39,951 bases of DNA from Trueperaceae bacterium (GCA_035703635.1 DASSXV010000037.1:1-39951), one strand, 5' to 3'. Positions 9,060 through 19,034 are shown, counted from the stretch's first letter. Notes: generated by a model from the sequence alone, not told the origin. Numbers and translations are program-made.

Positions 9060-9518
9060 ATGCGGTGCCCTTACTGCTCGGCCGACGACACCCGCGTGAT
9101 CAACTCGCGGCCGTCGGACGAGAGTGCCGCCATCAGGCGACGACGCGAGTGCGTGGCGTGCTCGCGCCGCTTCACCACTTACGAGCGGGCGCAGTTCGAG
9201 GCCCTGATGGTGCGTAAACGCTCCGGCCGCGTCGAGGCGTTCAACCCGGACAAGCTCCTAGCGAAACTGCGCATCGCCTGCAACAAGCGTCCGGTCGGCG
9301 AGAAGCAGTTGCGCGAGTTCGCGTACTCGTTCGAGGACGAGACCGGCACGCCTGAGATAGCCAGCGAGGAGATCGGGCGCCGCGTCCTGCAGTTCCTGCA
9401 GGAGTCCGACAGCGTGGCTTACATCCGCTTCTTGAGCGTGTACGGCGACTTCGAGTCCGTCGGGCGTTTCATCGAGGAGATCCAACAGTTGGAGGACAAG
9501 GGCGGAGCCAAGAACTAA
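9060..9518 (+). CDS. nrdR: Transcriptional repressor NrdR
   Basis: MRCPYC, IRRRRECVAC, RFTTYE, ATP cone (VRKRSGRVEAF), VAYIRFLSVY. Confidence 0.96.
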   Translation: MRCPYCSADDTRVINSRPSDESAAIRRRRECVACSRRFTTYERAQFEALMVRKRSGRVEAFNPDKLLAKLRIACNKRPVGEKQLREFAYSFEDETGTPEIASEEIGRRVLQFLQESDSVAYIRFLSVYGDFESVGRFIEEIQQLEDKGGAKN

Positions 9519-9545
9519 CTGCGCCGAGCCGCGCGGCGCGTCAGT

Positions 9546-12455
9546 TCAGGCGTCCCACGCCACCGTCGAACCGTTCTGGCCCTTGGTGACTACCAGCCTG
9601 GCAGGCAGCCGCTCGCTCAAGTCGGTGACGTGAGTGATGACGCCAACCATGCGCCCCTCGTCCGTTAGCGCCTCGAGCACGTTGGTGACGCTGTCGAGCG
9701 TCTCACGATCGAGGGTGCCGAAGCCCTCGTCGAGGAACAGCGCACCCAACGAGGCGTTGCCTGCCAAGGTGTCGGACAGCGCGAGAGCCAACGCGAGGCT
9801 GGCGACGAAGCTCTCACCGCCAGATAACGTCCTCGCGCTGCGCAGCTCTCCCCCGGCCCACGCGTCGGCCACCAGGTAGTCGCCGTCGAGCAGGTGCAAG
9901 TCGTAGCGTCCGTCCGTGACGTGCCTGAGGGTGGCCGAGGCGCGTCGCGCCAGGCGCTGTTGCACGTGGGTCATGAGGTAGTCCTGGAAGCGGTCACTGC
10001 GCAGGTCGAGCGCCAGCTGACGGTGCAGTTCGAACTTGGCCCTAGCCGCAGCGAGTTCTAGCGCCAGTGAGGCCTTACGTTCTAGCCGCTCCCGCGCCGT
10101 TGCCAACCGGCTCTGGACGGTGCCGAGGTCGGCGGCCAGCGCCGTGCGCCTTGCGCGAGCAGCGTTCAGCTCGTCGAGCAGTCCCTTGGCGACGGCCTCG
10201 GCTCCGGCCCCGGTTGGGTCCGGCAGCGCCGGTTGGTGCAACAGTTCCGCTCGCGCCTCGACCTCACCGCGCTCCACGGCGGTGCGCTCCTGAAGGTGGT
10301 CGTCCACGAGCGCGCTTAGCGCCAGCATGTGCTCCTGGTCGCGCACGGCGGCCTGCGCAGCACGCAGCTCGGAGAAGCCGCTCGCCTCAAGGGCGGTGGC
10401 GAGAGCCGCCGCGGCCGCGTCCGCCTCGCTTCGCGCCACCTGGGCGCGCGCCTCGGCGTCCGTCAACTGGTCGGCCGCGCGTTCCGCCTTGCGCTCGGCC
10501 GCGCCTCGAGCGTCGCGCGCCGCTTCGAGTTGCGCGCGCAGGGCCGCCAGTTCCTCACGGAGACGCTCGAGCGCCTGCCGCGGGTCGAGCGTGGCGGCCT
10601 GGCCGCTACTCGTTGGCCCGCCGGTGACTACGCCTGCAACCACTAGTTCGTCGTTCACTGCCCTGGCGTGCCGTTGCACGGCGGCGCGACGCGCGGCGGC
10701 GACGAGCGCAGGCGCCTCGCCGAGGTCGATGGTGGCAGCGTCGCCGTCCACCGCCTCGGCAAGCTGCTCGCGGAGGGCGGTGGCCGCCACCTCATGCGCT
10801 GCCGTGGCGGCCACTGCGGCGTCGCGGGCCTCGCTGGTTGCGCTAACCGCGGCCGTCAGTTTGGCGCTCGCGGCGGCCAACGAACTGTTGACCCTCGAGT
10901 ACTCCGCGCGAGCTGCCTCTAGGTCCTCGCTCGCCTTACGCGCGGCGGCGTCCGCCGCCGCAAGCGCCGGCTCGCCGCTCGCGGGGAGCGCGGAAACGCG
11001 GTTCCCGCAGACCGGGCAATCGTCGCCGACGTGCACATGCGCGCGTACCGCAGCGGCGGCGTCGGCCATGACGGCAGCCTCGCGCTCCGCCGTCAAGCGC
11101 TGCGCCTCGTCCTTGAGTCGCAGCCCTATTGCGGTGCGCTCAGCTAGCTCGAGCTTGAGGGTGGCGACCGCAGCACTGGCCGCGGCTTCCGCCGCCGCAG
11201 CCGCGGTGACGCGGGCCGCTGCGCCCTCGGCCATGGACTCCAGCCTCGCTAGGTGCGGGAGCTGGCCCTCCACCAACTGCAGAAGCGTCCACTCTTCCTC
11301 TACCAACATGCGCCCCGTGCCGACCTCGGCCAGGTCGGTCAGGTCTCCTCCGATGCGCTGCAACGTGGCCAGCGCGGGGGCGAGCGCCTGCCAGGCCGCC
11401 TGCTCACCCTCGAGGCGCGGAAGGCGCTCGTCATGGGCGTTCTGGGCGACCAGCAGTCCTGCACGCGCTACCGTCGCGGCCTCGGCCAGGGTCGTCGCGG
11501 CGGACTGCGCGGCTTCAAGTGCGAGTGCGGCACTTTTGGCGCGGTCCGCGCCACGTTCATGGGCAGCGATGGCTGGCACCAATGCCTGCGCCGTGCGTGC
11601 GGCCGCTAGTTCCTTCTCAACGGCGGCGATGCGCGTGGACGCGGCCGCCAGCGCCTCGCGCCGCCGCCCGAGCGCCGTCAGCACGCCCTCGAGCCGTGCT
11701 CGCTCACGCGCCACGCCGAGCCGTGCGTCTAGGGCGTGGGTTTCGAGCTCCAGCGCGGCTGCCTCTGCCTTGACGGTCGCGGCGTGGCTCTCGAGCGCGC
11801 GGATGGCCTCGGCGCTTACGTCCTCGTAGTCCTCAGTGAGGCGCCTCTCGAGGCCGTTCGCCACGCCCTCCGCTTCACGGCTCAGCTTGCTCGCCAGTTC
11901 ACGGACGCGCTCGACGCGGTCGAGGCCGAGGAGCGCAACGAGCAACTTGCGTCTCTCGCCTGCATCACCCCGCAGGAACTCATCGAAGGCGCCCTGAGGT
12001 AACAGGACGGCGCGCGTGAAGCCGCTGTAATCGAGGCCTACGATCTCCTCGATGGCACGGTTCGCGGCGCGCACGCTCTCGCTCGCCTGCCACTGCCGCC
12101 AACTCGCTGCGCCGTCTTGGCCCGCCACCGCCTCCTCCACGCGCACCTCGGTAGTCACCCCACTGGCCTTGCGCTGGGCCACGCGCGTTACCCTGAAAAC
12201 CCCCCTTGCAGCGCGGAACTTCAGCTGCACGAACATGCTCGGCGCACCAGGGCTAAGCAGCGACTCGAGCCCGCGACCTCCGAGTCTGGCCGTCTGGCCG
12301 TAAAGGGCGTAGGTGATGGCGTCCAACAACGTCGACTTCCCGGCGCCAGTCGGGCCGGTCACGGCGAACAGGCCGCTGTCGGAGCCTTCCCACTCAACCA
12401 GCGCGCGTTGGCGGTAGCAGGTGAACGCCTCGAGCTCGAGCGCTAGCGGGGTCAC
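9546..12455 (-). CDS. sbcC: SbcC/Rad50 SMC-like ATPase
   Basis: Walker A GPTGAGKS, Q-loop LLPQGAF, zinc hook CPVCG in the middle of the coiled coil, LSGGE, LFLDEGFGTLD, VITH. Confidence 0.93.
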   Translation of the reverse strand: MTPLALELEAFTCYRQRALVEWEGSDSGLFAVTGPTGAGKSTLLDAITYALYGQTARLGGRGLESLLSPGAPSMFVQLKFRAARGVFRVTRVAQRKASGVTTEVRVEEAVAGQDGAASWRQWQASESVRAANRAIEEIVGLDYSGFTRAVLLPQGAFDEFLRGDAGERRKLLVALLGLDRVERVRELASKLSREAEGVANGLERRLTEDYEDVSAEAIRALESHAATVKAEAAALELETHALDARLGVARERARLEGVLTALGRRREALAAASTRIAAVEKELAAARTAQALVPAIAAHERGADRAKSAALALEAAQSAATTLAEAATVARAGLLVAQNAHDERLPRLEGEQAAWQALAPALATLQRIGGDLTDLAEVGTGRMLVEEEWTLLQLVEGQLPHLARLESMAEGAAARVTAAAAAEAAASAAVATLKLELAERTAIGLRLKDEAQRLTAEREAAVMADAAAAVRAHVHVGDDCPVCGNRVSALPASGEPALAAADAAARKASEDLEAARAEYSRVNSSLAAASAKLTAAVSATSEARDAAVAATAAHEVAATALREQLAEAVDGDAATIDLGEAPALVAAARRAAVQRHARAVNDELVVAGVVTGGPTSSGQAATLDPRQALERLREELAALRAQLEAARDARGAAERKAERAADQLTDAEARAQVARSEADAAAAALATALEASGFSELRAAQAAVRDQEHMLALSALVDDHLQERTAVERGEVEARAELLHQPALPDPTGAGAEAVAKGLLDELNAARARRTALAADLGTVQSRLATARERLERKASLALELAAARAKFELHRQLALDLRSDRFQDYLMTHVQQRLARRASATLRHVTDGRYDLHLLDGDYLVADAWAGGELRSARTLSGGESFVASLALALALSDTLAGNASLGALFLDEGFGTLDRETLDSVTNVLEALTDEGRMVGVITHVTDLSERLPARLVVTKGQNGSTVAWDA

Positions 12456-13615
12456 GAGGCCACCTCCTCGTGCAACTCCTCGAAGAGCTTGATCAGGTCT
12501 TCCTGACCGTCTGCGCCGCGCTCGCTGCGGAGGTAATCGCGGTACGAGTCGACGAGCGAGAGCGCTTGAGGGTCGGACGCCTCGCCGAAGTCGTCTGGCT
12601 CGCCAGGCAACTGCTGCTCCACCGCGAGGAGGTTAGGCATCTCGGCCTGTAAACGCTCTTTGAGCCCGGGGCGGGGGCGCTCGAGCCGCAACACGAGCTT
12701 CAGCCAGCCTGGGAACCCCGCCAGCTCACTTACGCGGCGTTCGAGCTCATCCTCGGCGACTACTACGCGCTTGAGTTGCCGTCCGGCACTCAGCCCATGC
12801 AGGCGGTATTGGGCTTGACGCCCGGCGGTCATCTCGGCGATCACGACGCTGCGCGGCTCGCCCGCCTCGCCGAAGTCGAGCTGCAGGAGGCTACCTGGGT
12901 AACGCGCCTTGTTCTCGGCGAGGCCCATGACGGCCTGCGGCTTGTGGATGTGACCGAGCGCAGCGTAACTAACGCCGTCCGGAACGATCGAAGCGGGCAC
13001 CGTGTAGGCGTTGGTGCTGTGGAACACGTACTCCGAGTTCGCGAGGGTGGCGCCCTCGAACGTCGTGTGCATCAACAGGAGGTTCACGCTGCTGGCGTCC
13101 ATGCCGCCCGTGAGGTTGTCGACGAGCTTGCGCATGACGCCGCGGTAGTGGTCGTGCTGCTCACCCGGCGCCTTCTCCAACAGGTCGCCCGCCGCCAGCA
13201 TGCGCCGCTCGGATAGGAACGGCAGCGCGGCTATCCGCACGTGCTCGCCGCCCGCGTACAGGTCGAATGCCCCGCCAGCGCCCGCTGGGCGGAAGTTGCC
13301 GACCACGTGGACACCAGCGAGCTTGAGGAGGTTGCCGACCGCGTCTAGGCGTTGCGGCGAGTCGTGATTGCCAGCTATGACGACACTAGGGATGCCAGCC
13401 TGCGCGATCTCGAGGAAGAAGTCGTAGACGGCGTCCTCGGCGGCGGCGCTCGGGTTGCGGTTGTCGTAGACGTCGCCCGCAACCACCACCAGGTCGACTG
13501 CCTCGGCCTTGGCCAGTTCCGCCACTTCGTTAAGCGCTTCGCGGATCTCGCTGGTGCGGTCGACGCCGTGCAGGTTGCGGCCAGCGTGCCAGTCGGCCGT
13601 GTGTAGCAGCTTCAT
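12452..13615 (-). CDS. sbcD: SbcD/Mre11 nuclease
   Basis: LHTADWH, AGDVYD, IAGNHDS, ALGHIHKPQ, YPGSLLQLDFGE; GTGA overlap with sbcC. Confidence 0.94.
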   Translation of the reverse strand: MKLLHTADWHAGRNLHGVDRTSEIREALNEVAELAKAEAVDLVVVAGDVYDNRNPSAAAEDAVYDFFLEIAQAGIPSVVIAGNHDSPQRLDAVGNLLKLAGVHVVGNFRPAGAGGAFDLYAGGEHVRIAALPFLSERRMLAAGDLLEKAPGEQHDHYRGVMRKLVDNLTGGMDASSVNLLLMHTTFEGATLANSEYVFHSTNAYTVPASIVPDGVSYAALGHIHKPQAVMGLAENKARYPGSLLQLDFGEAGEPRSVVIAEMTAGRQAQYRLHGLSAGRQLKRVVVAEDELERRVSELAGFPGWLKLVLRLERPRPGLKERLQAEMPNLLAVEQQLPGEPDDFGEASDPQALSLVDSYRDYLRSERGADGQEDLIKLFEELHEEVAS

Positions 13616-13681
13616 GACCGTCAGTGTAAGCGCGGTGCGCGACAGCAAGCGCCGCCCGGAATGCGCCGCGCCATCAGTGGG

Positions 13682-15580
13682 CTACAGGAGCAGCCCGCTC
13701 GCTTCGTCGTCGCTCACACGCGCGTCGCGCTCCTGCGCCCGCGTCGCCCACGCCGGGAACGGGAACGTGATGAGCACCGGCGTCGGCACGTCCGGTTGGT
13801 GGAGGACCATCGTGCCTGGCGCGAGGATGGTCGTGCGCGAGCGCGTTGAGGCCGGCATGTAGCGGTACTCAGGCCGCTCCGCCTCGGCGGCGTCGAGGCG
13901 ACCGGCGACGCGCACGGCGGCGTTGGCAACGATGCGCCTCTCAACCTCGCTTGCGGTCTGCTGCGCGCCGATGAGGATGACCCCGAGGCTGCGGCCACGC
14001 TCCGCGATGTCGAGCAGGACCTCCTTGATGGGGCTGGAGCCCTCGGCCGGCGCGTACTTGTTCAGCTCGTCGAGCACGACGAAAAGCTTGCCGCGGTGCC
14101 CGCGCTCCTTGGCCCCGAAGAGCCCGCGCAGCGTTACGCCGACGACGAACATCTGCGCGAGGGGCGCCAGTTGATGGATGTCCACGACGTGGACCTGTTC
14201 TTGGGAGCCGAGGATGTCGAGGCGCGCGCCCTCGACCGCCTTGGCGCCGAGGTCGCCGCGCACGAGACGAGCGAGGTGCTTCTGGGCGCCGCGTAAACGG
14301 CGGATGAACGCCTCGCGCGTGCCGCGCGGCTGCCTGGCAGTCCAGGCAGGGTCGCCGCCGCGGTCGCTGCCGCGGTCAGCGTCGTCGTCACCGCCGCCCT
14401 CTTCCAGGAGTTTGTACTGCAGGTAGTCGACGAGCGCGGCGAAGCTAGTGAGCTTGTGGCCTCCCCCGCTCGTGAAGGCCCCGAGGTCCTCCCACGAGAT
14501 GCCCTCCTCCTCGTCGATGCGGCGTGCGGCCCCTGCGGCTCGCGCCCTGGCGCTGTCTACCGCCGCCGGCGGCTGGTAGTCGGGAACTTCGAGCGCGGCC
14601 CCGAAGCCGCGCTGCCTGCGCGCCAACTGGTAGAGGCGCTCCTCGACGTGCTGCAGGAGGAACTCGAGCTGCGACATGCTGCTTACGTCCGCGAACGCGA
14701 AGCCGAGCATGCGTTCGGCGCAGAACTCATGCACCGTCCAGACGAACGGCGCCACGCCGTCACGCTGCTGCACGTCCGCCACTAGCCTGTCGCCGGGCGT
14801 GTCCTGCGGGGGCGCGTGCAGCGCGCAGCTCTCGAACGGTCCGGCGTGCAGGCCGAGGGTCTGGTAACGGTCCTGCGAGGCGCCGTTCCGGCTCATCCAG
14901 GCGGCCTCCTCCGCCTCGAGCCGGCGGTTGGGTTGGTCGATGAAGAGCAGGTCCTCACCCTTGACGTTGAACACGAGCGCCCTCGCGGAGCCAGGATCGG
15001 CGAGGAGCGGCTGGCCTTGCCTGCCAGAGAGGTCGTGGAAGAGCGAGTAGAGCAGGAAGAGCGCGTAGCTGGTCTTGGTGGCCACGCCTGAGATGCCCGA
15101 GATGTTCACGTGCGCGCCGCGGGTGCCGTCGACGAAGTCCAAATTCAGGTACGCAGGTGCGCCGCTGCGCAGGAGGCCGGCGCCCAACCTGGCGGTCATG
15201 CCGTCCACGTACAAGGCCTTCTCCAGCGCCTCACCCGTAGCTTCCATGACGGCGTCGCCCGGGGCAGGCGGCAGGAACTCCTCTGGCTCGAGGCGCGTGA
15301 CGAGGACGTGCGCCGCGTAGCTCTCCTCTGCCGGCATCAGCCCGTCCGCCACCAGGTTCGTGTCGCCTTCGAACTGCAGTCCCTCGTGGCGCCTGCGCAC
15401 TTGATCGACGACGCCGTAGAACGTCACCTCGCGCTCGCCACCCGTCGGGTCAGCGGTGCGCACCATGACGACGTCGTCAAGGCGCACCTTATGGCCTGGC
15501 TGCACGAGGAACCAGAAGGCGACGGGCGTGGCGTCCTCAGTGCCTAGCACGCGCCCGAGTGGTCCAGTTGCTGACGTCAT
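13682..15580 (-). CDS. herA: HerA-family DNA helicase/translocase (HAS barrel plus FtsK/HerA ATPase)
   Basis: N-terminal barrel, variant Walker A NISGISGVATKTS, FNVKGED, Walker B VVLDELNKYAP, ERGRSLG, GAQQ. Confidence 0.9.
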   Translation of the reverse strand: MTSATGPLGRVLGTEDATPVAFWFLVQPGHKVRLDDVVMVRTADPTGGEREVTFYGVVDQVRRRHEGLQFEGDTNLVADGLMPAEESYAAHVLVTRLEPEEFLPPAPGDAVMEATGEALEKALYVDGMTARLGAGLLRSGAPAYLNLDFVDGTRGAHVNISGISGVATKTSYALFLLYSLFHDLSGRQGQPLLADPGSARALVFNVKGEDLLFIDQPNRRLEAEEAAWMSRNGASQDRYQTLGLHAGPFESCALHAPPQDTPGDRLVADVQQRDGVAPFVWTVHEFCAERMLGFAFADVSSMSQLEFLLQHVEERLYQLARRQRGFGAALEVPDYQPPAAVDSARARAAGAARRIDEEEGISWEDLGAFTSGGGHKLTSFAALVDYLQYKLLEEGGGDDDADRGSDRGGDPAWTARQPRGTREAFIRRLRGAQKHLARLVRGDLGAKAVEGARLDILGSQEQVHVVDIHQLAPLAQMFVVGVTLRGLFGAKERGHRGKLFVVLDELNKYAPAEGSSPIKEVLLDIAERGRSLGVILIGAQQTASEVERRIVANAAVRVAGRLDAAEAERPEYRYMPASTRSRTTILAPGTMVLHQPDVPTPVLITFPFPAWATRAQERDARVSDDEASGLLL

Positions 15581-16641
15581 GACTCTCCAGTCCCTTCAGC
15601 CAGGGCCACCTCTATGCGCCTGCGCAGCAGCGCCGCGTTCCCTAGCCGCCTCCTCAGAGTCTCCTCGAGGGCGCGCACGGGCAAGAGTTGCTGCGGCGCG
15701 CGCGCGTCCTGATGAGCGCGCGTGGCGAAACGCGGGAGGTACCTGGCGCTCCAATCGGCCACTTGCCGCGCCGCGCCTAGCGTCGCGCTCGGCTCCTCAC
15801 CAGCATGCGCCTGCAGGCGCACGGCGCCCGCCAGCGAGTGGAGCCACGGCCGCGGGTCGCGGAGTCGCAGGTACCACTCGAAGCGGGCGTGAGGTCCTGA
15901 CCCTACGACGTAGATGGGTGAGCGTTCACCCTCCTCGAGGGCGCGCACGGCCGCGAACGCCGCGGGGGGCAGGCGCTGCTGCTGCAGGCTCTTGAGGTAA
16001 CCGACGACGCGTTCGTCTGCTCCGAGGAGCGGCCGCGGCCCGTCGCAGACGAGCAACGCGCCGCCAGCCACCTGCCCAGCCGCCGCGTCATGCGCCAAGG
16101 TCCGCCGCAGCCTCGTCGCCATCCGGCTCTCGGCCTCGCGCATGAGCCGCTGCAGCTCGTCGACGGGCGCCTGCTGGTCGTCGCCCTTGGCCGCCACCAT
16201 GCGGTAAACGAGCGCTTGAGCGCCCGCCATGCTGCGCACCTCGAGGTCAGGTTCCTTCAAGCGGTCGGTCGCGATGGCGCACCAGCGCTCCACGACCGGC
16301 TCGATCGCCGCGCGCGCAACGGTACCGCCAGCTGGGCTGCACTCGACGGCGCCAACGGCGCAACTCCCGAGCGCGGCGAACGTCTGTCCGTCGTTGTCGT
16401 CTAGCAGCCCCCGTGCCTCGATCCTGCGCACCCCGTCCAAGAACAGGACCTTCGAGATGGCGGCAGGTGCGGTGGGGCGCAGCCCACGCCAGGCGTCGAG
16501 CGGCACCTCTATCTCTACTGCCCCACTGTCCAGCGTGTTGCCGGCAGTCTCGCCTTCGCCTTGCTCCTGACCGGTGTCCTGCCATGAGCCGCCGTAGCCG
16601 ACGCCCCACGGTTCGAGGCGCAGCCGCCTCCGCGCCTCCAC
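15577..16641 (-). CDS. nurA: NurA-family 5'-3' nuclease
   Basis: FLDGVRRIE, LMREAE, VCDGP, VGYLKS, RAPQQLLPV.ALE..LRRRLG; ATGA overlap with herA; GTG start inferred at 16641. Confidence 0.85.
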   Translation of the reverse strand: MEARRRLRLEPWGVGYGGSWQDTGQEQGEGETAGNTLDSGAVEIEVPLDAWRGLRPTAPAAISKVLFLDGVRRIEARGLLDDNDGQTFAALGSCAVGAVECSPAGGTVARAAIEPVVERWCAIATDRLKEPDLEVRSMAGAQALVYRMVAAKGDDQQAPVDELQRLMREAESRMATRLRRTLAHDAAAGQVAGGALLVCDGPRPLLGADERVVGYLKSLQQQRLPPAAFAAVRALEEGERSPIYVVGSGPHARFEWYLRLRDPRPWLHSLAGAVRLQAHAGEEPSATLGAARQVADWSARYLPRFATRAHQDARAPQQLLPVRALEETLRRRLGNAALLRRRIEVALAEGTGES

Positions 16642-19034
16642 TAGCGCGGCTGCAGGCGCAGCGTGCCGATCGCGCCCTTCTCGGCCGCGGCGCGGTCGAC
16701 GCGCATCGGCAGCATGGTGCCTTGCTGCCACCGCTGGAGGTAATCGCGGTAGCGGCGGGAGATGAGGTTGCCTGATTGGCCGGTGCCGTGGATGAACCAC
16801 CCACCGCCGCTTGCCAGGTCGTAAACGCTGCGGTAGCCGGGGCCGTGCGTCTGCTCGAAGGAGCCGAACTTCAGTCCGAAGCCTGCCGCGTTGACGCTGA
16901 AGCCGTCGCCGCCATTGCCGACCTTCAAGTTGGCGAGCGAGCTAAGCACTGGGATGCCGCCAAGCACGTCATGGTCGTGCACGGCCTGGTGCGCCTTGCC
17001 CCAGCTCCACTTCGTCGAATCGGCCCCGAACGACCCGACCAACTCGTTCCAGGCAGCGTCGAGCGCGAGCGCCGCCATCTGCTCGCACGACTCGATGCCG
17101 GTCGTGGTGAGGTCGTCGCACCAGTCTGGCTTGCCTGCCAAGATGGCGCGCGTGAGTTCTGGACGCAAGTTGAAGAAGTTGGAGGCGACGCTGCCGAGGT
17201 CGTCGCGGTAGAGCGAGTAAGCGAACTGGCGGTACCACGCCGCGAACGCGAGTGGCGCGCGGCCCTCCGCCGTCATGTTGCCGTCGAAGCCAACGAGCAG
17301 CGCTTGCAGCTTCTTGGCGCCATCGCTTGCCGCTGGAGCGTTCTGCGCGAGGGGCACGAACTCGCGTGCCATCAACGACACTTGATCGAGCTGTGTGGCG
17401 ACCGAGTAGTCGACCGTGGCGAGCGCCTGCGCGTCGAGCAGGTCATTGATGCGCTCGGCGCGGTACGGCGCGGTCCAGTCTGACGTCAGGTAGTGAGGGT
17501 AGTCGTCCGGCACCACGCGTTGGTTGGCAGTAACGATGCGCCCGCTAGCCGGTTGCAGCACGTGCGGCAACTCGTCGAACGGCACCATGCCTAGCCAGTC
17601 GCCCTCGCCCGTCCAACCGCGCGTTGGCACAGCGCCCGTGCCAGAGGCCCTGATCGGCACGAACGCCGGGGCGTAGTACGCCACCACCCCGTCCACATCG
17701 GCGTACACGATGTTCTGCATCGGCGCAACGAAGAGCTCGAGAGCCGATTGGAACTCACCGTAACTCGTGGCCGTGTTCATGCCAAGGACGGCCTCGATGG
17801 TCCTGTCACCCGGCTCGAGCGCCGTCCAGGCGAACGCAAGCACGGTGTCCTTCCCGCCGAGCGGCCCCGCGGCCGCCTCCTGCGAGCGCGAGTCGACGTC
17901 GGAGATGACCGGGCCGTGGCGTGTGCTCCTGACTTGCAGCACGACGTCGGCCTCGCCCTTGACCTTGATCGTCTCCTGGCGCACGGTGAACGCCTCTGAG
18001 CCGGTCGGCGTCAGATAACGCCCGGCGTCCGCTGGGTCCAGCCGCTCGAGGTAGAGGTCCTGCACGTCGGCGCCGTTGTTGGTGAAACCCCACGCGTGAT
18101 GGTCGGTGCGGCCGAGGAGAACGGCTGGCGTGCCAGGCAACGAGGCGCCGATAACGTTGACGCCCGGGGCGACGAGGTGCGCGAAGTACCACAGCGACGG
18201 CGCCTGCAGGCTGAGGTGCGGGTCGTTGGCGAGGAGAGGGTAGCCGCTAGCGGTCTTGTCGCCAGCCAACACCCAGTTGTTCGAACCGTAACCGTCCGGT
18301 TTAGGCGGCCCGGCCAGCGCTAGGAGGCCGGTCACGTCTAGGTCGTCGAGGTAGTCGGCGATGCCTGGCGGCACGATCACCGTGCTCGCATCGTCATAGC
18401 CAGGCCACAACTCCTTGATCATGCCCTCGACGTCGCCGCTTCCTAGCTGCTTGACGAGTTGGGCGCGGAGCAGCTCGTCACTCCAGTTGTCGCCGAGGTC
18501 CCACGCCATCATCTTGGCCCACACGAGGACGTCTACCGCCTCGAACTCATCAGGCTCGAAGCCAAGGAGGAGGAACTCGACGGGCAGGGCGCCCCTGCGC
18601 TGCGCCAAGTAGGCGTTGATGCCTGCTACGTACGCGTCGATCAGCTCTCGAGCGGTGCCAGACAGCGCCTCGAGGCCGCTCTCAGCCGCTTGCTTGACCC
18701 CGAGCGTACGGATGAACTTGTCAGTACCTAGCGTGGCCGAGCCGATGACCTCAGAGAGCCTGCCGCTGCCGACGCGGCGCTGGAACTCCATCTGCCACAA
18801 GCGGTCCTGGGCGTGGACGAAGCCGAGCCCGAAGACGGCGTCCGCGTGGCTGGCTGCGTAGATATGCGGGATGGCGTCGGCGTCACGCACGATCTCGATC
18901 TCGCCACTAGGGCCGGACACGGTTATCTCGCCAGAGACCTTCGGCAGGGAGGAGCGCAGGTAGATGAAGCCAGCGCCCACCACGACGACGATGAGTAGTA
19001 GTAAGACGATGACGATCCGACCAAGAGTTCTCAC
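16641..19034 (-). CDS. Penicillin acylase / AHL-acylase family Ntn hydrolase with an N-terminal membrane anchor
   Basis: RDADAIPHIYA, HAQDRLWQME, cleavage site GSNNW, LANDPHL, TRHGP, QNIVYAD, GQSGN. Confidence 0.92.
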   Translation of the reverse strand: MRTLGRIVIVLLLLIVVVVGAGFIYLRSSLPKVSGEITVSGPSGEIEIVRDADAIPHIYAASHADAVFGLGFVHAQDRLWQMEFQRRVGSGRLSEVIGSATLGTDKFIRTLGVKQAAESGLEALSGTARELIDAYVAGINAYLAQRRGALPVEFLLLGFEPDEFEAVDVLVWAKMMAWDLGDNWSDELLRAQLVKQLGSGDVEGMIKELWPGYDDASTVIVPPGIADYLDDLDVTGLLALAGPPKPDGYGSNNWVLAGDKTASGYPLLANDPHLSLQAPSLWYFAHLVAPGVNVIGASLPGTPAVLLGRTDHHAWGFTNNGADVQDLYLERLDPADAGRYLTPTGSEAFTVRQETIKVKGEADVVLQVRSTRHGPVISDVDSRSQEAAAGPLGGKDTVLAFAWTALEPGDRTIEAVLGMNTATSYGEFQSALELFVAPMQNIVYADVDGVVAYYAPAFVPIRASGTGAVPTRGWTGEGDWLGMVPFDELPHVLQPASGRIVTANQRVVPDDYPHYLTSDWTAPYRAERINDLLDAQALATVDYSVATQLDQVSLMAREFVPLAQNAPAASDGAKKLQALLVGFDGNMTAEGRAPLAFAAWYRQFAYSLYRDDLGSVASNFFNLRPELTRAILAGKPDWCDDLTTTGIESCEQMAALALDAAWNELVGSFGADSTKWSWGKAHQAVHDHDVLGGIPVLSSLANLKVGNGGDGFSVNAAGFGLKFGSFEQTHGPGYRSVYDLASGGGWFIHGTGQSGNLISRRYRDYLQRWQQGTMLPMRVDRAAAEKGAIGTLRLQPR

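Noticed and set aside
10327-11829. 500-aa plus-strand Ala/Ser/Arg-rich ORF
   Set aside because: Antisense to the Ala-rich SbcC coiled coil; a stop-poor GC-rich shadow with no motifs
13682-16641. HerA plus nuclease as an anti-phage defence system
   Set aside because: The partner has NurA motifs rather than Sir2 or DUF4297, it sits beside sbcCD among core genes, and there is no island-like composition shift
16642-16800. N-terminal extension of NurA in the ORF track
   Set aside because: Overlaps the acylase C-terminus; the TAGTG-coupled start at 16641 is more plausible
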